Shown in pieces: positions 56,698-64,000 of a stretch of DNA of 64,000 nt. Source of the stretch: Burkholderiales bacterium (GTDB lineage: Bacteria > Pseudomonadota > Gammaproteobacteria > Burkholderiales > SG8-39); the NCBI GenBank assembly GCA_035651575.1, contig DASRFM010000031.1:67059-131058 (forward strand), written 5' to 3'. Every line of letters starts with the position of its first letter. Position 1 is the stretch's first letter. The position numbers and the translations under genes are program-made. Under the pieces are notes generated by a model, which was not told the DNA's origin, did no database searches, and saw nothing but the letters and a program-made list of their open reading frames with translations.

Positions 56698-58922
56698 CGC
56701 TTCGGCGCGGCTTGAATCAGCGCCCAGACCCTGGGCGGCGAGAGCGGCAGGCCGCGTGGCACTGCGCCAAGCGGAGCGAGCGCGGCGCCGACCGCGTTGG
56801 CGATCACGCCGCCCACCGAAATGAGGCCGCCCTCGCTCGCGCCTTTCGCGCCCCCCATCAGCCCGATGTCGGTGGGCGCGTGCTCGATCACGATGCCGCG
56901 CAGGCTGGGAAAGTCCGTCGCGCTCGGCAGCAGGTAATCGGCGAGCGAGGCGGTGAGGAACTGGCCGTTGTCGTCGTACTGCAGGTGCTCGAGGAACGCG
57001 CCGCCCAGGCCCTGGACCAGCGCGCCGATCACCTGTCCGTGGGCGGTGAGCGGGTTGATCACGCGGCCCATGTCCTGCACCACCACGTAGTCGACGAGGC
57101 GCACATGCCCGGTTCGCGGATCGACGGCCACGTGCGCGGCCGCCGTGCCGTAGGAGTAGGTATGGCGCGTGTTGGCGTAGGTGCTCTCGACCGTGAGCGG
57201 CGCGAGCGACTTCAGGTCGACGTCCTTCAGCGGCACTTCCCTGCCAAGGCGCTTGGCGATCTCGTCCTTCAGCGCCTGGGCCGCCATGAGGAGCGCCGAG
57301 CCGCCCATTACGGTGGCGCGCGAATGATAGGAACCGAACCCTTCGGTCACGCCGGTGGTCGAGCCATGGAAGATGCGGATGCTCTCCATCGGCAGGCCGA
57401 GCGCATCGGCCGCGATCTGCACCATGATGGTCTCGAGCCCCTGGCCGACGCTCGTCGAGCCGACGAACACCGAGACCAGGCCGTCGGGATCGAGCACGAT
57501 GCGGGCGCTTTCCCGCGGGCCGGTGGCTCCGCCCTCGATGTAGCAGCCGAGCGCGACCCCGTGGTACCGGCCGTCGATGAGCCTGCCCTGCAGCTTCGCC
57601 TTCTCCTCCCAGCCGAACTCGGCCAGGCAGCGCTCGAGCGCCATCCGGTAATCGCCGCTGTCGAGCTCCTCCTTCTTCTCCGGCGGCCCCGCGACGGCGA
57701 TCGGGTACGGCATCTCGCCGACCGAGGGCAGGTTCTTGCGCCGGAACTCGACGCGATCGACGCCGAGGTCCTGCGCCGCCAGGTCGAACAGGCGCTCGCG
57801 GAAGAAGTCGCCTTCGTAGCGGCCCGGGCCGCGGTAGGTGCCGACCGGAGTCTTGTTCGTCATCTGCACGTACGACTCGATGTGGACGTTGGGCACGCGA
57901 TAGCACCCGGACAGGAACTGGGTCACGTTGCGCGCCGGGATCGGCCCGTTGGCGCGGTAGTAGGCGCCCATGTCGACCCAGACCTTGCCGCGCAACGCGA
58001 GGAGCGTGCCGTCCTTCTCGCAGGCGATCTCGAGCTCGCAGTCCATCTCGCGCGAGTGGTTGGCTGCGAGCAGGTTCTCGCGCCGGTCCTCGATCCACTT
58101 CACCGGGCGGCCGAGCTTGCGCGCGATCCACGGGATGAGGAAGTCCTCGGGGTAGAACTCGCCGCGCACGCCGAACCCGCCGCCGACATCGCCCTCGATC
58201 ATGTCGATGCAGTCCTCGGGCAGGTCCATGTGTTTCGCGATCGTCTTGCGCGACTGGAAGGGCACCTTGGCGGCGCCCAGCACGGTGAGCTTGGTCTTGG
58301 CGCCGTCCCACACGGCGAGCACGCCGCGCGGCTCCATGCACACCGCAGTGTGGCGCTGGACCGAGAATTTCTCGCGCCGCACGTACGGCGCCGATGCAAA
58401 GGCGGCGTCGGCGTCGCCTTTGCGCGCGGCGTAGGTCATGGCGCGGTTGGTGCCGCGCTCTTCGAAGAGCAGGCTCTGGTCGGCCTGCGAGACCTGCCGG
58501 TTCGGGACCGGCGCGAGCGGCTCGATGTCGAGCTCGATCGCGTCGGCCGCGTCCTCGGCGAGCGCCAGCGAGTCGGCCACGATCACGGCGATCGGCTCGC
58601 CGACGTAGCGCACCTTGTGCTGCGCGATCACCGGCTGCTCAAAGGGCACCAGCTCGGGCAGCGGCAGCAGCCGCAAGGGCACGGTCGGGACACCGGCTTC
58701 GTTCTTCGCGATGTCCGCGGCGGTATAGATGGCGCGCACGCCCGGCATCGCTTTCGCTTCTTCAATCCGTATTTTTTTCAGGAGCCCATGCGGCAGCGGG
58801 CTGCGCAGGATCGCCGCATGCAGCATGCCTTCGCGGTGCAGGTCGTCGACGTACTGGCCGCGGCCGCGCAGCAGGCGCAGATCCTCCAGACGCTCGATCG
58901 GCTGGCCTACGAAGCCCATCAA
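56694..58922 (-). CDS. Xanthine dehydrogenase/CoxL-family molybdopterin-binding subunit, paralog 2
   Basis: 742 aa. [19 protein letters not shown] and the GTYRGPGR loop (not the form I CO-dehydrogenase AYxCSFR loop). 4-nt overlap with paralog 1. Confidence 0.85.
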   Translation of the reverse strand: MMGFVGQPIERLEDLRLLRGRGQYVDDLHREGMLHAAILRSPLPHGLLKKIRIEEAKAMPGVRAIYTAADIAKNEAGVPTVPLRLLPLPELVPFEQPVIAQHKVRYVGEPIAVIVADSLALAEDAADAIELDIEPLAPVPNRQVSQADQSLLFEERGTNRAMTYAARKGDADAAFASAPYVRREKFSVQRHTAVCMEPRGVLAVWDGAKTKLTVLGAAKVPFQSRKTIAKHMDLPEDCIDMIEGDVGGGFGVRGEFYPEDFLIPWIARKLGRPVKWIEDRRENLLAANHSREMDCELEIACEKDGTLLALRGKVWVDMGAYYRANGPIPARNVTQFLSGCYRVPNVHIESYVQMTNKTPVGTYRGPGRYEGDFFRERLFDLAAQDLGVDRVEFRRKNLPSVGEMPYPIAVAGPPEKKEELDSGDYRMALERCLAEFGWEEKAKLQGRLIDGRYHGVALGCYIEGGATGPRESARIVLDPDGLVSVFVGSTSVGQGLETIMVQIAADALGLPMESIRIFHGSTTGVTEGFGSYHSRATVMGGSALLMAAQALKDEIAKRLGREVPLKDVDLKSLAPLTVESTYANTRHTYSYGTAAAHVAVDPRTGHVRLVDYVVVQDMGRVINPLTAHGQVIGALVQGLGGAFLEHLQYDDNGQFLTASLADYLLPSATDFPSLRGIVIEHAPTDIGLMGGAKGASEGGLISVGGVIANAVGAALAPLGAVPRGLPLSPPRVWALIQAAPKR

Positions 58923-61141
58923 GCGGCCGTGCGGGCGTCCTGGATCATCTGCCAGACCCGCGGCGGCGAGAGCGGCAGAGCGCGCGGCACCGCGCCCAAC
59001 GGCGCGAGCGCGGCGGCTACGGCGTTCGCCACCACGCCGGCCACCGAGACGATGCCGCCTTCGCCGGCGCCCTTGGTGCCGAGCGGGTTGATCGGCGAGG
59101 GGGCGTCTTCCAGCACGAACGCGCGCACGCTCGGGAAGTCCGTGGAGGTGGGCAGGAGATAGTCGGCGAGCGACCCGGTGAGGAACTGCCCGTTCTCGTC
59201 GTACTGGAAGTGCTCGAGCAACGCTCCCCCCAGGCCCTGCACCACCGCGCCCACGATCTGGCCGTTGGCGAGCAGCGGGTTCACGATCTTGCCGACGTCT
59301 TCGACGGTGACGTAGTCGACGAGCCGCACGTCGCCGGTGCGCGGGTCGACCGCCACATGCGCGGCGCAGGCGCCGCTCGCATAGGTATGGCGATGGTTAT
59401 GGAAGGTGCTCTCGATGGAGATCGGCGCGAGCGACTTCAAGTCCACGTCCCTCAGCGCGTCGACCTTCCTGCCGGTGCGCTTGGCGATCTCCTCCTTCAG
59501 CTCCTTCGCCGCCAGCAGCACCGCGGTGCCGCTCATGACGGTGGAGCGCGAGTGGAACGAGCCGAAGCCTTCCTTGAGATACGTCGTGGAGCCATGGAAG
59601 ATGCGCAGCTTCTCCATCGGCAGGCCGAGCGCGTCGGCCGCGATCTGCAGCATCACGGTCTCCAGGCCCTGGCCGATGCTCGTGCCGCCGACGAAGACCG
59701 AGACGCCGCCGTCGGGATCGAGCAGCATGCGGGCGCTTTCGCGCGGCCCCGCCGCGCCGCCCTCGATGAAGCAGCTCAGCGCGATGCCGTGATAGCGGCC
59801 CTCGACGAGCTTGCCCTGCAGCTTCTTCTTTTCCTCCCAGCCGAACTCCTTGAGGCAGCGCTCCAGCGCGATCTGGTAGTCGCCGCTGTCGAGCTCTTCC
59901 TTCTTCTCGGGAAGGTCCAGCGTCGCCAGCGGGAACGGGAATTCGTCCTTGCGCGCAAGGTTCTTGCGCCGGAACTCGACCGGGTCGATGCCCAGGTCGC
60001 GCGCGGCAAGGTCGAACATGCGCTCGCGGAAGAAGTCGGCCTCGAAGCGGCCGGGGCCCCGGTAGGTGCCGACCGGCGTCTTGTTGCTGAGGAACATCGT
60101 CGACTGAATGTGGAGGTTCGGGACGCGGTAAGGGCCCGACAGCATCTGGGCGCAGTTGCGCGGCACCATCGTGCCGTTCGCGCGCGCATAGGCGCCCATG
60201 TCCACCCACAGCTTGCCGCGCAGCGCGAGGACGGTGCCGTCCTTCTCGCAGGCGATCTCGAGCTCGGCCTCGATGTCGCGCGAGTGATTGGCGGCGAGCA
60301 GGTTCTCGCGGCGGTCCTCGACCCACTTCACCGACCGGCCGAGCTTGCGCGCGGTCCACGGAATGAGGAAGTCCTCGGGATGGAACTCCCCGCGCACACC
60401 GAAGCCGCCGCCGGTGTCGCCCTCGATCATGTCGATGCAGTCTTCGGGGAGGTCCATGTTCTTCGAGATCACCCGGCGCGACTGGAACGGCACCTTGGCC
60501 GCCCCCTCGACCGTGAGCTTGGTCTTCGCGCCGTCCCAGGTGGCGAGCAGTCCGCGCGGCTCGAGGCACACTGCGGAATGGCGGTTGGTGATCAGGCGCT
60601 CGCGGCGCACGTAAGGCGCCCTCACCGACAGGGCATCGCCCTTCGTGGCGGTATACGTGATCGGGATGTTGGTCCCGGCCTCCTCGATCAGCAGCGAGGC
60701 GTTCTTTTCCGAGCTCTGCCGGTCGGACACCGCGGGCAACGGCTCGATGTCGAGCTCGATCGCGTCGAGCGCGTCCTCGGCCTGCGCCTGCGTGTCGGCG
60801 ACCACGATCGCCATGGGCTCGCCGACGTAGCGCACCTTCGTGCGGGCGATCACCGGCTGCTCGAACGGCAGCAGCTGGTCGACGGGCATCAGCCGCACAG
60901 GGATCGCCGGTACTTTGCTGTTTCCGGGGGCGACGTCCTCAGCCGTATACACGGCCCGCACGCCCGGCATTGCTTTCGCCTTTTCGACCCGGATCTTCTT
61001 CAGGAGCCCATGCGCCAGCGGGCTGCGCAGGATCGCCGCGTGCAGCATTGCGTCGCGGTGCAGGTCGTCGACATACCGGCCGCGCCCGCGCAGCAGGCGC
61101 AGGTCCTCGATGCGCTCGATCGACTGGCCGACGTAGCTCAT
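58919..61141 (-). CDS. Xanthine dehydrogenase/CoxL-family molybdopterin-binding subunit, paralog 1
   Basis: Start is at [26 protein letters not shown] (ATG 61141). Colinear with paralog 2 along its whole length. Confidence 0.85.
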   Translation of the reverse strand: MSYVGQSIERIEDLRLLRGRGRYVDDLHRDAMLHAAILRSPLAHGLLKKIRVEKAKAMPGVRAVYTAEDVAPGNSKVPAIPVRLMPVDQLLPFEQPVIARTKVRYVGEPMAIVVADTQAQAEDALDAIELDIEPLPAVSDRQSSEKNASLLIEEAGTNIPITYTATKGDALSVRAPYVRRERLITNRHSAVCLEPRGLLATWDGAKTKLTVEGAAKVPFQSRRVISKNMDLPEDCIDMIEGDTGGGFGVRGEFHPEDFLIPWTARKLGRSVKWVEDRRENLLAANHSRDIEAELEIACEKDGTVLALRGKLWVDMGAYARANGTMVPRNCAQMLSGPYRVPNLHIQSTMFLSNKTPVGTYRGPGRFEADFFRERMFDLAARDLGIDPVEFRRKNLARKDEFPFPLATLDLPEKKEELDSGDYQIALERCLKEFGWEEKKKLQGKLVEGRYHGIALSCFIEGGAAGPRESARMLLDPDGGVSVFVGGTSIGQGLETVMLQIAADALGLPMEKLRIFHGSTTYLKEGFGSFHSRSTVMSGTAVLLAAKELKEEIAKRTGRKVDALRDVDLKSLAPISIESTFHNHRHTYASGACAAHVAVDPRTGDVRLVDYVTVEDVGKIVNPLLANGQIVGAVVQGLGGALLEHFQYDENGQFLTGSLADYLLPTSTDFPSVRAFVLEDAPSPINPLGTKGAGEGGIVSVAGVVANAVAAALAPLGAVPRALPLSPPRVWQMIQDARTAA

Positions 61142-61614
61142 TTCTTCGCTCCGCCGCGGTAGGCCGAGCGCGCCTCGTACACCGCCTCGATGATGTTCAT
61201 GTAGCCGGTGCAGCGGCAGATATTGCCCGACAGCACTTCGCGGATGCGCTCCTTGCTCGCGTCGGGCTCTTCGCTGAGGAGCGCGTGCGCGGTGGTCAGC
61301 ATGCCGGGCGTGCAGAATCCGCATTGCAGCGCGTGGTGCTTGCGGAAGGACTTCTGCAGCGGCGTGAGGTCGTCTTCGCGCGACAGGCCCTCCACCGTCG
61401 TCACCTTCGCGCCTTCGGCTTGCGCCGCGAGCATGAGGCAGCTGCGCACCGCCTCGCCGTCCACGATCACCGTGCACGCCCCGCACACGCCATGCTCGCA
61501 GCCCACGTGCGTGCCGGTCTGCATGAGATGGTGCCGCAGGCAGTCGGCCAGATGGGTGCGCGCCGGCACTTCCGCCTCCACCGCCTTGCCGTTCAACTCG
61601 AACTTGATCTTCAT
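61138..61614 (-). CDS. (2Fe-2S)-binding small subunit (CoxS-like)
   Basis: CEHGVCGACTV and QCGFCTPGM...CRCTGY cluster motifs. Confidence 0.9.
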   Translation of the reverse strand: MKIKFELNGKAVEAEVPARTHLADCLRHHLMQTGTHVGCEHGVCGACTVIVDGEAVRSCLMLAAQAEGAKVTTVEGLSREDDLTPLQKSFRKHHALQCGFCTPGMLTTAHALLSEEPDASKERIREVLSGNICRCTGYMNIIEAVYEARSAYRGGAKK

Positions 61615-62477
61615 GCCTTGCCCCGTTGCGCCGCCTGCTGGAGCGCGCGCTCGAGCAAGGTGCCTGCCAGGGCGCGCCGGTAGGCCGCGCTTGCGTGCAG
61701 GTCGGAAGGCGGCTCGAGCGCTGCTTCGGCGGCCCGGGCGGCGGCCTGGATGGCGGCGTCGTCGACGACGCGTCCGTTCAGCGCTTTTTCGGCCTGCGGG
61801 ATGCGGTGCGGCCGCAGGCATGCGCCGATGACGCCGACGTGGGCATTGACCGCCTTGCCGCCGGCGTCGACGTCGTAATACGTCGCCACGCCCGCGAGGG
61901 CAAAGTCTCCGCGACGCCGCGCGAGCTCCTCGAAGCCCCAGCGGCGCGCCGCCGGCCACGCCGGCAGATGCACCTCGACGATCAGCTCGTCGTCGGCGAG
62001 CGAGGTCGTCAACGCGCCGGTGAAGAACCGGCCGGCCTCGATGACGCGCTCTCCCTTGGGGCCCAGCACCCGGATTTGCGCGTCGCACGCGACGGCGATC
62101 CCGGGCATCTCGGCGGCGGGATCGGCGTGGGCGAGGCTGCCGCCGACGGTGCCGCGGTTGCGGATCTGGTAGTGCGCGACATGCGAGATGGCGGCCACGA
62201 GGAGCGGGTGCGCCGTGCGCAGGCGCGCATCGTCTTCGATGTCGCGCCAGCGCGTGCGCGCGCCGAGACGCACGCCATCCGCGCCGATGGAGATCCTGCG
62301 CAGGTCGTTCAGCCTCCGGATGTCGACCAGCAGCGAGGGCGTCGCGAGACGGAACGCCATCGTCGGCAGGAGGCTCTGGCCTCCCGCGAGCACTTTCGCG
62401 CCGCCGCTCGAGGCAAGCAGCGCTACCGCTTCCGCGAGGGTCGCGGGGGCGGCATATTCGAACGGGGCAAACTTCAT
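61611..62477 (-). CDS. FAD-binding medium subunit (CoxM-like)
   Basis: VLAGGQSLLP and IRNRGTVGGSLAHADP motifs. Confidence 0.85.
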   Translation of the reverse strand: MKFAPFEYAAPATLAEAVALLASSGGAKVLAGGQSLLPTMAFRLATPSLLVDIRRLNDLRRISIGADGVRLGARTRWRDIEDDARLRTAHPLLVAAISHVAHYQIRNRGTVGGSLAHADPAAEMPGIAVACDAQIRVLGPKGERVIEAGRFFTGALTTSLADDELIVEVHLPAWPAARRWGFEELARRRGDFALAGVATYYDVDAGGKAVNAHVGVIGACLRPHRIPQAEKALNGRVVDDAAIQAAARAAEAALEPPSDLHASAAYRRALAGTLLERALQQAAQRGKA

Positions 62478-62484
62478 GGCGCCC

Positions 62485-63459
62485 TCAGCGCTCGACCAGA
62501 TTGCGATAGAACTTCTGCGGCGGAAGGTTGCCCTCCATTCCCGCTGCCTTCATCGCCGCGAGCGTCACCTTCCAATCCTCTTCGGCCATCCAGCCGAGCG
62601 GCGCGTCTTTCGTTGCCTGGCTGTGCATGTGCTCGATCACCATCGGCAGGCCCTGCTCGACGAACTGCCGGTTCGATTCCGGGTAGGCCTCCATCAGCGC
62701 ATCGACCGCGCTCTTGGGATCGGCCACCGCGTCCTTCCAGCCCCGCAGCGTCGCGCGCAGGAAGGCGCGCACCAGCTCCGGCTTCTGATCGAGCGTGCTG
62801 GTGGCAACGAAGTAGCCGTTACTAAGCAGGTTGACGCCCCAGTCCGAATAGAGGGTGAATTGAACCTGGTCGGACTGCACGCGCGCGCGCAGGTAATCGC
62901 CGAAGCGGAAGCCCGGAATGGCATCGACCTTCCGCGTAAGCAGGGCCGCGGTCTTCGACGCCGCCTCGATGGAAATGATCTTGTAGGAGCTGGCGGGAAT
63001 CTTGAACTTGCTGAACACCGCCATGGTGGCGACGTAGTCCGCGCCGCCGACGACCGTGCCGATGGTCTTGCCTTCCAGCTCCTGGGGCGAACCGATCTTC
63101 TTGCCGAGTGTAATGATGCCGGCGGGGCCCTTGGGCGTCGTGTTGGCGACCATGATGACCGGCGCGCCCTTGGACACGGCAAGCGCCATCGCTCCCGCGT
63201 CGGCGAAGCCGAAGGTGTCTCCGCCGGAGGCCACGATCTGCACCGTCGAGCCCGAACCCTTGCCCGGTTTGACCGTCATGTCGATCCCCTCGGCGGCGTA
63301 GTAGCCGCGCTTCGCGGCGAGGATCGGGCCGACGTGGTGCGAGCCTGGTACCCAATCGAGTCGCAGGGTGGCAACGGTGTTCTCGGCGCGTGCGGGCGGG
63401 GCCGCGAGCACAAACACCGACAACAGGATGGAAAGTGCCGAGCTGCGCCGGATATTCAT
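62485..63459 (-). CDS. NMT1/THI5-like periplasmic substrate-binding protein
   Basis: Start is chosen at MNIRRSS (GGGGAGG RBS, signal peptide ending ARA). Has an LRLDWVPGSHHVGP motif. Confidence 0.7.
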   Translation of the reverse strand: MNIRRSSALSILLSVFVLAAPPARAENTVATLRLDWVPGSHHVGPILAAKRGYYAAEGIDMTVKPGKGSGSTVQIVASGGDTFGFADAGAMALAVSKGAPVIMVANTTPKGPAGIITLGKKIGSPQELEGKTIGTVVGGADYVATMAVFSKFKIPASSYKIISIEAASKTAALLTRKVDAIPGFRFGDYLRARVQSDQVQFTLYSDWGVNLLSNGYFVATSTLDQKPELVRAFLRATLRGWKDAVADPKSAVDALMEAYPESNRQFVEQGLPMVIEHMHSQATKDAPLGWMAEEDWKVTLAAMKAAGMEGNLPPQKFYRNLVER

Positions 63460-63478
63460 CGTGCCTCCCCTAGTAGTA

Positions 63479-63499
63479 GAACCACTCCAAGAACCACTC
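63479..63499. repeat. Direct repeat GAACCACTC-CAA-GAACCACTC in a divergent promoter region
   Basis: Two exact 9-mers whose starts are 12 nt apart, between the SBP gene start (63459) and the RidA gene start (63564). Confidence 0.6.
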
Positions 63500-63563
63500 A
63501 CGTTATGCGAGCCGCCTTTGTCTAGGATATTGTCATTTTCAGCTTCGAGCCATAGGAGGCACT

Positions 63564-64000
63564 GTGAAACTGGTCCACCTTAATCCGGCGAGCCTGTTCG
63601 CGGCACCCGGCGGGATGTACTCGCACGCCGTGCGCGCGGGCGAGCAGCTCTATATCTCCGGACAAATCGCGCGCGACCTGGACGGCAAGCTGGTGGGCGA
63701 TGGCGACGTCGTAGCGCAATATCGCCATGTCTGGGCAAGCCTCGGGACCGTGCTGGCGGCCGCGGGACTCGGCTACGAGCATCTGGTGAAGACCACGACC
63801 TACGTGGTCGGCGAGGCGAACGTCCCGGCCATCCGCGCGCTGCGCAAGGAGCTCGCCCCGCCCAAGCCGCCCGCCAGCACCATGCTCGTGCTTCCGGCGC
63901 TCGCCATCCCGGGCGCGCTGGTCGAAGTGGACGCTATCGCGGTTTTTCCTGCCGCTCGGCGAGCTCGGCCAAAATCCCGGCCGCGCGCGCGCACTGCGCC
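63564..64000 (+). CDS. RidA/YjgF-family protein; no stop before the window end
   Basis: AGGAGG at 63554-63559, then GTG 63564. My own translation reads VKLVHLNPASLFAAPGGMYSHAVRAGEQLYISGQIARD...TTTYV...VEVDAIAV, which is typical RidA. Confidence 0.7.
   Translation, partial: MKLVHLNPASLFAAPGGMYSHAVRAGEQLYISGQIARDLDGKLVGDGDVVAQYRHVWASLGTVLAAAGLGYEHLVKTTTYVVGEANVPAIRALRKELAPPKPPASTMLVLPALAIPGALVEVDAIAVFPAARRARPKSRPRARTA

Larger units (their letters stand above)
56694..61141 (-). repeat. Tandem duplication of the CoxL-like gene
   Basis: The two ORFs align end to end. The DNA of the first 140 nt of each (58780-58922 vs 61000-61141) differs at only a minority of positions. Confidence 0.8.

Overview
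Dense chromosomal segment of about 70% GC. The synteny looks like a Burkholderiales-type betaproteobacterium: pepA/holC/valS, lptFG, an ECF-sigma/DUF3619/DUF3106/RDD module, ilvBHC-psd-pssA-leuA, and a Bug-family receptor. I call about 68 protein genes, many joined by 4-nt start/stop overlaps. I recognised no rRNA, tRNA, CRISPR array, transposase or integrase. All functional calls come from reading motifs in the supplied translations; no database search was run.

Blocks:
- 1-10387: glycan locus built around a pseudaminic-acid (pse) cassette, with a formyltransferase-like gene in the position PseH usually occupies. It also holds four glycosyltransferases, a SAM methyltransferase and a KpsS-like protein.
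- 10377-15685: GH43 lipoprotein, a truncated sox set (soxYZAXB, no soxCD in the window) and moaC.
- 15.7-35.5 kb: housekeeping genes, an orphan chrB-like gene and a tusA-glcG-hypothetical-FecR-domain operon.
- 35.5-37.3 kb: leuA with a Leu-rich leader ORF.
- 37286-42958: a seven-gene, translationally coupled operon that I cannot assign to any known pathway. It encodes an O-methyltransferase, an ATP-grasp enzyme, a small basic ORF with a signal-peptide-like segment, an Orn/DAP-type PLP decarboxylase, a CitE/HpcH-family lyase, a DUF1311 protein and a Bug receptor. This is the best candidate for something undescribed.
- 43-46.3 kb: yihY, pyrF, a thioredoxin-like gene and nupC.
- 46345-46540: a structured, C-rich intergenic RNA ending in a strong intrinsic terminator 2 nt before the glgA ATG.
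- 46.5-54.7 kb: glycogen genes, including a C-terminally truncated glgC.
- 54.8-64 kb: orphan MoxR ATPase, an HDAC-family gene, and an SBP-coxM-coxS operon carrying two tandem CoxL-like paralogs, with a divergent RidA gene.
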